Positions 36,482 to 44,370 of a DNA stretch of 53,089 nucleotides are shown here, piece after piece (positions within the stretch are counted from its first letter, which is position 1; each line of letters starts with the position of its first letter). The DNA lies in the NCBI GenBank assembly GCA_041691215.1, contig JBEPVB010000002.1, positions 1-53,089 on the forward strand, in the 5' to 3' direction. This DNA is from Chloroflexota bacterium (GTDB lineage Bacteria > Chloroflexota > Limnocylindria > Limnocylindrales > CSP1-4). The position numbers were made by a program, and so were the translations under genes. The notes under the pieces were generated by a model that worked only from the letters and a program-made list of their open reading frames with translations, ran no database searches and was not told the DNA's origin.

Positions 36482-37747
36482 CTAGGTCCGGGATCCGCTC
36501 CCGGAGCGCGGCCGGCCGGCCGCCCGGTTGGGATAGTGATGACCCCGGGCCGGGCGCGTCTCGAGCGCTCCGCCCCGAAGCGGCTGCGGCTCGGCATTCC
36601 GATCCGGCACGAAGCCGTCCTCGACCTTCCACGGGATGGCCTGCTTCAGGAGCCGCTGGACGCCCCGCAGGAGGTCGGCCTCGTCGATGGAGACGAGGCT
36701 CACGGCGTCACCCGTCGCGCCCGCCCGCCCGGTCCGCCCGATGCGGTGGATGTAGTCCTGGGCCTGCCATGGCAGCTCGAAGTTGACGACATGGGGGAGA
36801 TCCTCGATGTCGAGGCCGCGGGCGGCGACGTCGGTCGCCACGAGGACCCGGATCGTGCCGGCCTTGAAGCCCTCGAGGGCCCGGGTCCGCTCCGGCTGGC
36901 TCCGGTCCGAGTGGATGGCCACGGCCTCCAGGCCTCGCCGGTCGAGATAGGTGGCCAGGCGGGAGGCGCCGATCTTGGTCCGGGTGAAGACGAGTACCTG
37001 ACGCCACTCCTCCCTGGCGATGAGATGGGCGAGGAGGGCCTCCTTGCGATCGCGATCGACCGGGTAGACGAGCTGCCGGATCGCCTCGACCGTCGTGTTC
37101 CGCCGGGCGACCTCGACGATCTCGGGGTCCCGAAGGATCGTCCCCGACAGCCGCCGGATGTCGTCCGAGAAGGTGGCCGAGAACATCAGGTTCTGCCGTC
37201 GGGGCGGGAGGAGGGCGATGATCTTCTGGATGTCCGGCAGGAAGCCCATGTCGAGCATCCGGTCGGCCTCGTCGAGGACGAGGATCTCGACCTGGCTCAG
37301 GTTCACCGTCTTCTGGCCGACGTGGTCCAGGAGGCGGCCCGGGGTCGCGACGAGGAGCTCGACGCCGGCCCGGAGCTCCTTCGTCTGGGGCTCGATAGGG
37401 ATGCCCCCGAAGACGACTGCCGGCCGCAGCGACACCGTGCGGCCATAGGTGGTCACGCTCTCGTCGACCTGCATCGCGAGCTCCCGGGTCGGAACGAGGA
37501 TCAGGCAGCGAACCGGGTGGCGGGCCGGCGAGAAGGACGTGTTGGCATGCTTCCGGAGGCGATCCAGGATCGGCAGGACGAAGGCGGCCGTCTTACCGGT
37601 TCCGGTCTGGGCCGCCGCGAGGACGTCGCGACCGGCGAGCACGTGGGGGATGGCGGCGGCCTGCACGGGCGTTGGCTCGGTGTAACCCTCTTCGGCCACC
37701 ATCCCGATGAGATCGGCCGACAGGCCGAGCGTTTCGAAGGACAACAA
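36482..37747 (-). CDS. rhlE: DEAD-box ATP-dependent RNA helicase (RhlE-like)
   Basis: Q-motif [40 protein letters not shown]. Confidence 0.93.
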   Translation of the reverse strand: MLSFETLGLSADLIGMVAEEGYTEPTPVQAAAIPHVLAGRDVLAAAQTGTGKTAAFVLPILDRLRKHANTSFSPARHPVRCLILVPTRELAMQVDESVTTYGRTVSLRPAVVFGGIPIEPQTKELRAGVELLVATPGRLLDHVGQKTVNLSQVEILVLDEADRMLDMGFLPDIQKIIALLPPRRQNLMFSATFSDDIRRLSGTILRDPEIVEVARRNTTVEAIRQLVYPVDRDRKEALLAHLIAREEWRQVLVFTRTKIGASRLATYLDRRGLEAVAIHSDRSQPERTRALEGFKAGTIRVLVATDVAARGLDIEDLPHVVNFELPWQAQDYIHRIGRTGRAGATGDAVSLVSIDEADLLRGVQRLLKQAIPWKVEDGFVPDRNAEPQPLRGGALETRPARGHHYPNRAAGRPRSGSGSRT

Positions 37748-37946
37748 ATGCTCCAGGCTGCCCGGCGCGCGGCCGCGGGTGCGTGCGGCGTCGCAAGCGA
37801 CAGGCCCCGGCAGGATAGCCCATAGCGGGCGAGAGGGAGTCCTGCCTGCAAGGGCGTCCTAGGGCCGGTCCGCCTGGGACGAGGGAGATCCTGCATCCTG
37901 TGGGGCCCGATAGGCGCCCCATTGAATTGGGAAGTGTCGTCTGACA

Positions 37947-37974
37947 TACATAAAGTGAAAACAGGTATTGACAA
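37947..37974 (-). promoter_or_regulatory. Candidate sigma70-type promoter for helicase 1
   Basis: On the minus strand: TTGTCA (37974-37969), 16-nt spacer, TATGTA (37952-37947). Lies in the only AT-rich patch of the region and implies a ~190-nt 5' UTR. Confidence 0.35.
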
Positions 37975-37997
37975 AGTGAAAGGCTGTGTGCGATAAC
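37968..37997 (+). promoter_or_regulatory. Candidate sigma70-type promoter for the DUF2089 operon
   Basis: TTGACA (37968-37973), 18-nt spacer, GATAAC preceded by TG-C (extended -10 like). About 35 nt upstream of ATG 38033. Confidence 0.4.
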
Positions 37998-38032
37998 CTC
38001 GGCAGACACATCACAGCGAGGACACACCGCCC

Positions 38033-38473
38033 ATGCCCCACGACGTCATCTCCACGTGCCCGGTCTGCTCCGGCGAGCTGGCCATCACCCGCCTCCACTG
38101 TCGAAGCTGCGGGACGACCCTCGAGGGTGACTTCAGCGTCGGCCGCTTCGGCCGGCTGAGTCGCGAGCAGCTCGCCCTGCTCGAGAGCTTCCTTCGGTCG
38201 CGGGGCAACCTCCGTGACATGGAGCGCGAGCTCGGCCTCTCCTACCCGACCGTCCGGTCCCGCGTCGAGGCGCTCGTGCGTTCGCTCGGCTTCGGTCCGC
38301 GCGCGGATGCCGACGAGCCGGTCGCCGAGGCCGGTGAGAGCGCCGAAGCGGCCGCCGACGCCGCGTCCATTTTGGAAGCCCGCCAGCAGATCCTCGAGCG
38401 GCTCGCCCGCCACGAGATTGGCGCCGAGGACGCGGCCGACGCGATCCGGGCGCTGGGGAGGACCTCGCGATGA
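38033..38473 (+). CDS. DUF2089-type protein (N-terminal zinc ribbon plus HTH)
   Basis: CPVCSGELAITRLHCRSCGTTLEGDF zinc ribbon, LSREQLALLESFLRSRGNLRDMERELGLSYPTVRSRVEAL HTH-like segment, acidic tail. Confidence 0.8.
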   Translation: MPHDVISTCPVCSGELAITRLHCRSCGTTLEGDFSVGRFGRLSREQLALLESFLRSRGNLRDMERELGLSYPTVRSRVEALVRSLGFGPRADADEPVAEAGESAEAAADAASILEARQQILERLARHEIGAEDAADAIRALGRTSR

Positions 38474-39498
38474 CCGTCCAGAACGGTTCCACCTACGAGC
38501 ACGTCATCGGCTCCACCGGGCGCTTCCAGCTCCGCCAGATGTCCGGCTCGATCGAGCTCCGGGCCGTCGACGGCGAGACCGTTCGGGTCACCGAGAAGTC
38601 GGGCAAGTCGATCGCCGAGGTCTTCCAGGTCGACGCCGGCGAGGGCCGGCTGACCCTCACCTCGCCCGATCGCGGCGGCATCGACCTGGTCGTCTTCGGG
38701 ATCGGCCGGCGGTCGTCGCTTGACCTCGAGGTCGAGGTCCCGCGCCAGGCCAACGTCTCGATCGAGAGCGCCAGCGCCGACGTCACGATCGTCGGTCTGG
38801 TCGCCCGGACCGCCGTTCGGACCGCATCCGGCGACGTCGAGATGCGCGCCATGGGCGGCAAGCTGGAGCTCGATGCGGTGTCCGGCGAGGTCACCGTAAA
38901 CGCCGACGTGCCCATCGACCTGCGAGCCCGGACGATCTCGGGCGATCTCGCCGTCCACGGCCCGCAGATTCGCCAGGCGGCCGTGGAGACCACGTCGGGC
39001 GACGTCCGCCTCGACGCCCTCCTGACCGGCGATGGTCCGTTCGAGATCCAGACCGTCAGCGGCGACGCGACGATCGTTGGCCGAGCCGGCCTGCGCATCG
39101 AGGCCCGGACCGTGACCGGCGACCTGCGGAGCGACCTGCCCCACCGGTTCGACAAGTCGCCCGGTCGCAAGCAGCTCGTGATCGGCGACGGGGCGACCAC
39201 GGTCGGCTTCCGCTCGGTCAGCGGCGACCTCCGGGTCGTGGCGCCCCGGGACGGCTCGGCAACCAGCTTCTCGTCGCCGCTGGCCGCACCCCCCGTACCT
39301 GTGCCCCCGACACCCCCCGCGCCGCCCGTGGCCCCGCTGCCGCCCGAGGCACCGTCGGCCGCCGCCGGCAACGGATCCGCCGAGCGTCACGAGGCCGGCC
39401 ATGAGGTCGCCCGCCTGGACATCCTCCACGCCCTCGAGCGTGGGGAGCTCAGCGTCGAGACAGCCATGAAGCGCCTCGCCGACATCGAGGAGGCCTGA
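38470..39498 (+). CDS. DUF4097-type beta-helix repeat protein (putative adhesin/LiaG-YvlB-like) with Pro-rich linker and SHOCT-like C-terminal helix
   Basis: ATGA overlap with the upstream gene. Eight roughly 20-aa repeats each carrying an S/T-G-D/E-hydrophobic turn (ASADVTI, ASGDVEM, VSGEVTV, ISGDLAV, TSGDVRL, VSGDATI, VTGDLRS, VSGDLRV). C-terminal ILHALERGELSVETAMKRL. Confidence 0.8.
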   Translation: MTVQNGSTYEHVIGSTGRFQLRQMSGSIELRAVDGETVRVTEKSGKSIAEVFQVDAGEGRLTLTSPDRGGIDLVVFGIGRRSSLDLEVEVPRQANVSIESASADVTIVGLVARTAVRTASGDVEMRAMGGKLELDAVSGEVTVNADVPIDLRARTISGDLAVHGPQIRQAAVETTSGDVRLDALLTGDGPFEIQTVSGDATIVGRAGLRIEARTVTGDLRSDLPHRFDKSPGRKQLVIGDGATTVGFRSVSGDLRVVAPRDGSATSFSSPLAAPPVPVPPTPPAPPVAPLPPEAPSAAAGNGSAERHEAGHEVARLDILHALERGELSVETAMKRLADIEEA

Positions 39499-39499
39499 T

Positions 39500-39904
39500 A
39501 TGGGCGGCGCCTTCGAAGACATCCTCGGGCTCGTGGCCGAAGGGCGACTGACGGCCGAGGAAGCGGCCCCGATCCTCGATGCCCTTTCGGCAGCGTCGAG
39601 GGCGACGAGCCAGGCGGCAGCGGCCGTCAGGGCGGCCCGGCCGGACTCCGCGACCGTCGCCGGTTCCGGGACCCCGCAGACCGGGTCGCCGCGGTTCGCC
39701 CGGATCGAGGTCCGCGACGGCGGCAAGCGCGTCGTCGACCTGCGGATCCCGATCTCGCTCGGACGCTTTGCCCTCGGCCGTGTGCCAGGGCTCTCGGCCC
39801 AGCACGTCGCCGACGTCGAGCGGGCGGTCGCCAGCGGCGATCGCGGCCCGATCCTCGATGTCCAGGACGAAGACGGCGACGGCGTCCGGATCGTCCTCGA
39901 ATGA
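39500..39904 (+). CDS. Hypothetical protein with N-terminal SHOCT-like helix
   Basis: Starts 1 nt after the upstream stop. ILGLVAEGRLTAEEAAPILDAL, then IEVRDGGKRVVDLRIPISLGRFAL. Confidence 0.55.
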   Translation: MGGAFEDILGLVAEGRLTAEEAAPILDALSAASRATSQAAAAVRAARPDSATVAGSGTPQTGSPRFARIEVRDGGKRVVDLRIPISLGRFALGRVPGLSAQHVADVERAVASGDRGPILDVQDEDGDGVRIVLE

Positions 39905-39950
39905 CCAGACCAGCAAGCCACCAACAGGACCAGAACGAAGGGATCTCACG

Positions 39951-40154
39951 ATGTACCACTTGACCGCCATGGCGGACGACCGGATCCGCGACCTCTACGA
40001 AACCGCCGCCGAGCTCCGGAACGGCCGGCAGGCCGGCCCGGCCACGCCGCGCCTCCATGGGCTGCGGCTTCGCCTCGGGACGTTCCTCCTCGATGCGGGC
40101 AAGGCGCTGGTGAGCGGCGCCCGCCCGGCGACGACGAGCGGCGTCGGCCGGTAG
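39951..40154 (+). CDS. Small hypothetical protein (67 aa)
   Basis: ATG 39951 has GAAGGGA upstream (MYHLTAMADDRIRDLYETAAELRNGRQ). A strong hairpin follows. Confidence 0.4.
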   Translation: MYHLTAMADDRIRDLYETAAELRNGRQAGPATPRLHGLRLRLGTFLLDAGKALVSGARPATTSGVGR

Positions 40155-40161
40155 CGGACCA

Positions 40162-40196
40162 CCCCGCCGGCCGCGGCTCCTCCACGGCCGGCGGGG
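40162..40196 (+). terminator. Strong GC hairpin (I-shaped intrinsic terminator candidate)
   Basis: Perfect 12-bp stem CCCCGCCGGCCG / CGGCCGGCGGGG with an 11-nt loop, 8 nt after the stop of the small ORF. No U-tract. Confidence 0.5.
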
Positions 40197-40209
40197 TACC
40201 ATCGGCTTC

Positions 40210-40788
40210 ATGACGAGCGCCGACCGCCTCTACCTGACCGGCAACGACGACGCCGACCGGCTCCTGGCCCAGGAGCCGTTGGCCCTCCTCATCGGCTTCG
40301 CCCTGGACCAGCAGGTGACTGTCCAGAAGGCCTTCAGCGGACCACTGGACCTCAGGACCCGGCTCGGCCACCTGGACGCCGCCAAGATCGCGGCGCTCGA
40401 CCCCGCCGAGCTCGATCGGGTCTTCCGGGATCGGCCGGCCCTCCATCGATTTCCCGGCGCCATGGCCGCCAAGATCCAGGAGCTGTGCCGGGTCATCGCC
40501 GATCGCTACGGCAACGACGCCGGCCGCATCTGGCGCGAGGCCCGCGATGGCGCCGACCTCCAGGGTCGCCTCAAGGCCCTGCCGGGCTTCGGCGAGATGA
40601 AGGTCAACGGCGTGATCTCGATCCTGGCCCGACGCCTCGGCGTGGACCTGCCCGGGATGGCCGACGTCCTGCCGACCCATCCGACCCTCGGCGACGTCGA
40701 CTCACCCGAGGCCCTGGCCACCTATCAGGCCGGCAAGCGGGCCCACAAGGCCGAGCTTCGCGCCCAGGCGGCGACCCGCACCTCCTGA
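40210..40788 (+). CDS. HhH-GPD-type base-excision DNA repair protein
   Basis: LALLIGFALDQQVTVQKAF, LHRFPGAMAAKIQELC, LKALPGFGEMKVNGVISIL (helix-hairpin-helix). Confidence 0.8.
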   Translation: MTSADRLYLTGNDDADRLLAQEPLALLIGFALDQQVTVQKAFSGPLDLRTRLGHLDAAKIAALDPAELDRVFRDRPALHRFPGAMAAKIQELCRVIADRYGNDAGRIWREARDGADLQGRLKALPGFGEMKVNGVISILARRLGVDLPGMADVLPTHPTLGDVDSPEALATYQAGKRAHKAELRAQAATRTS

Positions 40789-40800
40789 TCGTCGGTCGGC

Positions 40801-40851
40801 GTGCCCGACCGCGCCACGTGCCCGACCGCGCCACGTGCCCGACCGCGGCAC
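40801..40851. repeat. Three tandem copies of a 17-bp unit
   Basis: GTGCCCGACCGCGCCAC x2, then GTGCCCGACCGCGGCAC. The first copy can also pair with CGGTCGG at 40793-40799 (7-bp stem). Confidence 0.95.
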
Positions 40852-40976
40852 TGCACGAGGCAGCCTCCGGGCGGCGCGCCACTTGACGGGCCCCGTCGAA
40901 CGTGGCAGGATCGTTGCACGAGCAACGACCGACGACGGACGCGCGTACGCGCCGGTCGGTACGACGAAGGAAGATC

Positions 40977-41363
40977 ATGGACGACGCCATCCGGACCGCC
41001 CTCCAGCGGGGCCAGGTCATCGATATCACCACCACCGGACGCAAGTCCGGCCAGCCCCGACGCCTTGAGATCGTGTACCACGTTTTCGCCGGTCGGATCT
41101 ACATCAGTGGGATGCCCCGGGCGGATCGCGAGCGGGCGTGGCTGCAGAACCTGCGGGCCGACCCGCGCCTCACCTTCCACCTGACCAAGGGTCCCGTCGC
41201 CGATCTGCCGGCCACGGCCCGGGTCATCGACGATCCCGCCGAGCGGCACGAGATTCTCGCTCGGGTCGCCCAGGTCTGGCGCCGCGACCCGACCGAGATG
41301 GAGGCTCACAGCCCCCTCATCGAGGTCGTCATCGACGGCTACGAGGCCAACCGGGCCGCCTGA
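40977..41363 (+). CDS. Deazaflavin (F420)-dependent nitroreductase-family oxidoreductase (Ddn-like)
   Basis: ATG 40977 has GAAGGAAG upstream. ITTTGRKSGQPRRLEIVYHVFAGRIYISG is typical of this split-barrel family. Confidence 0.85.
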   Translation: MDDAIRTALQRGQVIDITTTGRKSGQPRRLEIVYHVFAGRIYISGMPRADRERAWLQNLRADPRLTFHLTKGPVADLPATARVIDDPAERHEILARVAQVWRRDPTEMEAHSPLIEVVIDGYEANRAA

Positions 41364-41506
41364 CCCAGGGGCCTGACCCAGCCGCGGCCGCTGCCCGCCG
41401 GGGGCCGCCGGGCGACCGGGCCCGCGCTCGTATACTCGGGCGCGGTCGGGATCGCGGCGGTCCCGCTCCAGCCGGCAGCCCCGGACCGGATCCCAGGAAG
41501 TCCCGC

Positions 41507-41798
41507 ATGGCGACCGAGATCGACCTCGACATTCGCAACCCATCGGGTCTCCATGCGCGTCCGGCGGCGCTCTTCGTCCGGGCCGCGGCCGGCTTCCACT
41601 CGGACATCCGGGTGGCGAACCTGACGACGGGCAGCCCCGAGTCGCGGCCAAGAGAATGATCGGCGTGCTCAGCCTCGGCGCCGGTGCGGGCCACCGGATC
41701 CGCGTCCGGATCGAGGGCGACGATGAGGCCTCGGCGGCGGCGGCCCGGACGGCGCTCGTGGCCGGGGGCCTGGGCGAGCTGGACGCCGCCGCCGGCTG
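41507..41798 (+). pseudogene. ptsH: HPr (PTS phosphocarrier) gene interrupted by a single-nucleotide frame shift
   Basis: Frame 1: MATEIDLDIRNPSGLHARPAALFVRAAAGF...NLTTGSPE, then stop at 41657. The -1 frame continues from about 41640 as VAAKRMIGVLSLGAGAGHRIRVRIEGDDEASAAAARTALVAGGLGE, to TGA 41796-41798. Together these make a full-length HPr. Confidence 0.7.
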
Positions 41799-41835
41799 AC
41801 GAGGGGAGCCGCGGCTCGTCGGCTTAAGGTCTCAA

Positions 41836-41864
41836 TTGACAGCGGGGTGTGCCTCCTCGATCAT
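41836..41864 (+). promoter_or_regulatory. Candidate promoter of the sorC-like operon (possibly leaderless mRNA)
   Basis: TTGACA (41836-41841), 17-nt spacer, GATCAT (41859-41864). ATG 41873 lies 9 nt after the -10 element. Confidence 0.3.
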
Positions 41865-41872
41865 GGGCGGCG

Positions 41873-42913
41873 ATGGCACATATGGAATCGACAGATGTGC
41901 ATGACGTGTCCCGTCCGGCCGCCGTCGGCGACCCGAAGGACCCGTCGGCCGTCGACCGAGCTCGTCTCATCCGCGTCAGCCGCCTCTACTACGAGATCGG
42001 CGAGACGCAGGACCAGATAGCCCGTCGGCTGGGCATCACCCGGCCCCACGTTTCGAAGCTCCTCAAGCTGGCCCGCGCCACCGGGATCGTCGAGATTCGC
42101 ATCCTGGACCAGGTTCATCGGCCCGAGACGATCGCCGCCGAGCTGATGGCCCGCTTCGGGCTGCGAGCGGTCAACCTCGCGCCGACCCTCTCTGGCTCCG
42201 CTGACCTGACCAGGCGGCGCGTTGGCCAGGTCGCGGCCGAGGTCCTCGTCGGTGCCCTGCGCACGGGTCTCACGGTCGGCGTCGGGGACGGCGCCTCGGT
42301 GACCGCAATGGCCGATTCGATGACCGTCCTGGCCAGCCCGGTGTCGGTGACCGTCGTGCCCCTATGCGGAGGGTTCTGGAGCGCCGAAACGACGCGGGAG
42401 CCGTACCGCCGGATCTCCGACGCCCTCGGCGCAACTGCCCACGGCCTGCTCGCGCCGGGCCTCCTCGACGATGCCGCGACCCGCGATGCGCTGGCCGCCC
42501 ACGCCGGGATTCGAGCCGTGACCGACCTCTGGACTCGCCTCGATGTGGCGGTCTTCGGGATCGGGTCCCGGAGCTGGAGCCAGGCATCGATCGGGCCGAT
42601 CGCGGCCGCCGAGCTCAACGCCAGTGCCGCGATCGGCGAAGTCCTCATCGCGCCGTTCGACATGGACGGGCGCTTCGTCGGACCATCGATCCGGAGGCGG
42701 ACGATCGCCTTCGATGCCCGGCGCCTGTCGGCGGTGCCGGTCAGCATCGGGATCGCCAGCGGTCCCGCCAAGGTCGGGCCGATCCTCGGTGCGCTCCGGG
42801 CTGGGATCGTCGGCACGCTCATCACCGACATGGAGACGGCGGCCGCGGTGCTTGCCCTCGATCGGGCGAACCCAGCTGGTCCTCGGCGGCCGCAGGGCCG
42901 ACCCGCCGCATGA
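41873..42913 (+). CDS. SorC/DeoR-type sugar-binding transcriptional regulator
   Basis: LIRVSRLYYEIGETQDQIARRLGITRPHVSKLLKLARATGIVEIRI HTH, then a sugar-binding domain (VGVGDGASV, VVPLCGG). Confidence 0.85.
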   Translation: MAHMESTDVHDVSRPAAVGDPKDPSAVDRARLIRVSRLYYEIGETQDQIARRLGITRPHVSKLLKLARATGIVEIRILDQVHRPETIAAELMARFGLRAVNLAPTLSGSADLTRRRVGQVAAEVLVGALRTGLTVGVGDGASVTAMADSMTVLASPVSVTVVPLCGGFWSAETTREPYRRISDALGATAHGLLAPGLLDDAATRDALAAHAGIRAVTDLWTRLDVAVFGIGSRSWSQASIGPIAAAELNASAAIGEVLIAPFDMDGRFVGPSIRRRTIAFDARRLSAVPVSIGIASGPAKVGPILGALRAGIVGTLITDMETAAAVLALDRANPAGPRRPQGRPAA

Positions 42914-44370
42914 CGCTGCGCCCGTCGGTCTTCCTCGGTATCGACCTTGGGTCGAGTGAGCTCCGGGCGGGCCTCATCACCACCGACGGGCGCTGCCTCG
43001 CCCTGGCCCGGGCGGTCCACGGCACGGTCATCGAGCAGCGCGAAGGCGTGGCGGAGCAGGACCAGGACGCGTGGTGGCGGGGCCTCGTCGCGGTCGTTCG
43101 CGAGCTCCGGGCGACGGTCGACGTCGACGTGGCCGGGATCTGCATCGACGGGCACGGCCCGACCCTCTGCCCCGTGGACGGCGAGGGCCACCCGACGCGG
43201 GCCGCGATCACCTGGCTCGATCGCCGAGCCGAAGGCGAAGCCGCCGAGCTCGAGATCGCAACGGGCCTCCTGGGCTGGGCCCTCGGGGTCCTCCCTGCGG
43301 CCCGATGGCTGGAACGGCACGAGCCCGATGTCGCCCGCCGCACGGCCTGGTACCTGAACAGCTGGGAAGCGCTGACGATGCGTCTCACGGGCTTGCCTCG
43401 CACGACCCTCGCGGCATCCCAGGCCTGGCCATCCGCGGACGTCCTCGCGCCGACGGGGATTGCCACGACCCGGCTCGCTCCGGTCATCGCGGCCGGCGAG
43501 GTCGTCGGTGGTCTCCTGCCCGCGGCAGCCGACCTGCTTGGCCTGCCGGCCGGGGCGCCGGTGATCGCCGGGATGGTTGACGCCTTCGCCAGCTTCCACG
43601 GCGCGGCCTTGCTCGAGCCCGGCGATGGCGTTGATGTCGGTGGCTCCGCCGGCGGCTTCGGCGTCTACTGGGACACGCCGCTGAAAGCGGCTGGCGCGTT
43701 CACCACACCTGCCCCGCTCCCCGGCCGCTTCATCGTCGGCGGCGCGATGGCCGCGACGGGCCGAGCCGTGGACTGGTTTCGCGACGGGGTCCTCGGAACT
43801 CAGGTCTCAACGGCGAACCTGATCGAATCAGCCGCCGCGATCTCGCCCGGCGCCGACGGCCTGGTGTTCCTGCCGTATCTCGCTGGCGAGCGGTCACCAA
43901 TCTGGGATCCTCACGCTCGGGGCGCGTTCGTCGGCCTGACCTTGGCTCACGGCCAGGCCCACCTCATGCGCGCGATCCTCGAGGCCTCGGCTCTCGCGAT
44001 TCGCCACGTCGCCGAGTCGATCCTGGAGGCCGGCGCCCGGGTCCGGGTCATGCGCGTCTCGGGGGCCCCGGCCCGAAGCGATGCCTGGAACCAGCTGAAA
44101 GCTGACGTCACCGGCTTTCCCGTCGAGGTCCCGCGCGTCCTGGAGACGGCGATCGTCGGCTCGGCGATCCTCGCGGCGACGGGCGTCGGAGCGTTCGGCG
44201 GCGTTCCCGCGGCGATCCGATCCATGACAGCCATCGAGCGGCGCCTCGAGCCGAACCCGGAGGCGGCCGCCGCGTACCGCCCGACCTATGCCGCATATCG
44301 GGCTCTCCATCCGGCTCTCGCCCCGATCCTCGAGCGACTTCGGTTGGGCGGAGCGACGTCGACGCCATGA
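42910..44370 (+). CDS. FGGY-family carbohydrate kinase (xylulokinase-like)
   Basis: ATGA overlap with sorC. FLGIDLGSSELRAGL, IDGHGPT, FLPYLAGERSPIWDP, G.F.GL...H....L.RA.LE, GAPARSDAWNQLKADVTG. Confidence 0.88.
   Translation: MTLRPSVFLGIDLGSSELRAGLITTDGRCLALARAVHGTVIEQREGVAEQDQDAWWRGLVAVVRELRATVDVDVAGICIDGHGPTLCPVDGEGHPTRAAITWLDRRAEGEAAELEIATGLLGWALGVLPAARWLERHEPDVARRTAWYLNSWEALTMRLTGLPRTTLAASQAWPSADVLAPTGIATTRLAPVIAAGEVVGGLLPAAADLLGLPAGAPVIAGMVDAFASFHGAALLEPGDGVDVGGSAGGFGVYWDTPLKAAGAFTTPAPLPGRFIVGGAMAATGRAVDWFRDGVLGTQVSTANLIESAAAISPGADGLVFLPYLAGERSPIWDPHARGAFVGLTLAHGQAHLMRAILEASALAIRHVAESILEAGARVRVMRVSGAPARSDAWNQLKADVTGFPVEVPRVLETAIVGSAILAATGVGAFGGVPAAIRSMTAIERRLEPNPEAAAAYRPTYAAYRALHPALAPILERLRLGGATSTP

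Noticed and set aside
40801-40851. CRISPR-like array.
   Set aside because: The repeats are directly abutting 17-mers with no spacers. There are only three copies and no cas genes.
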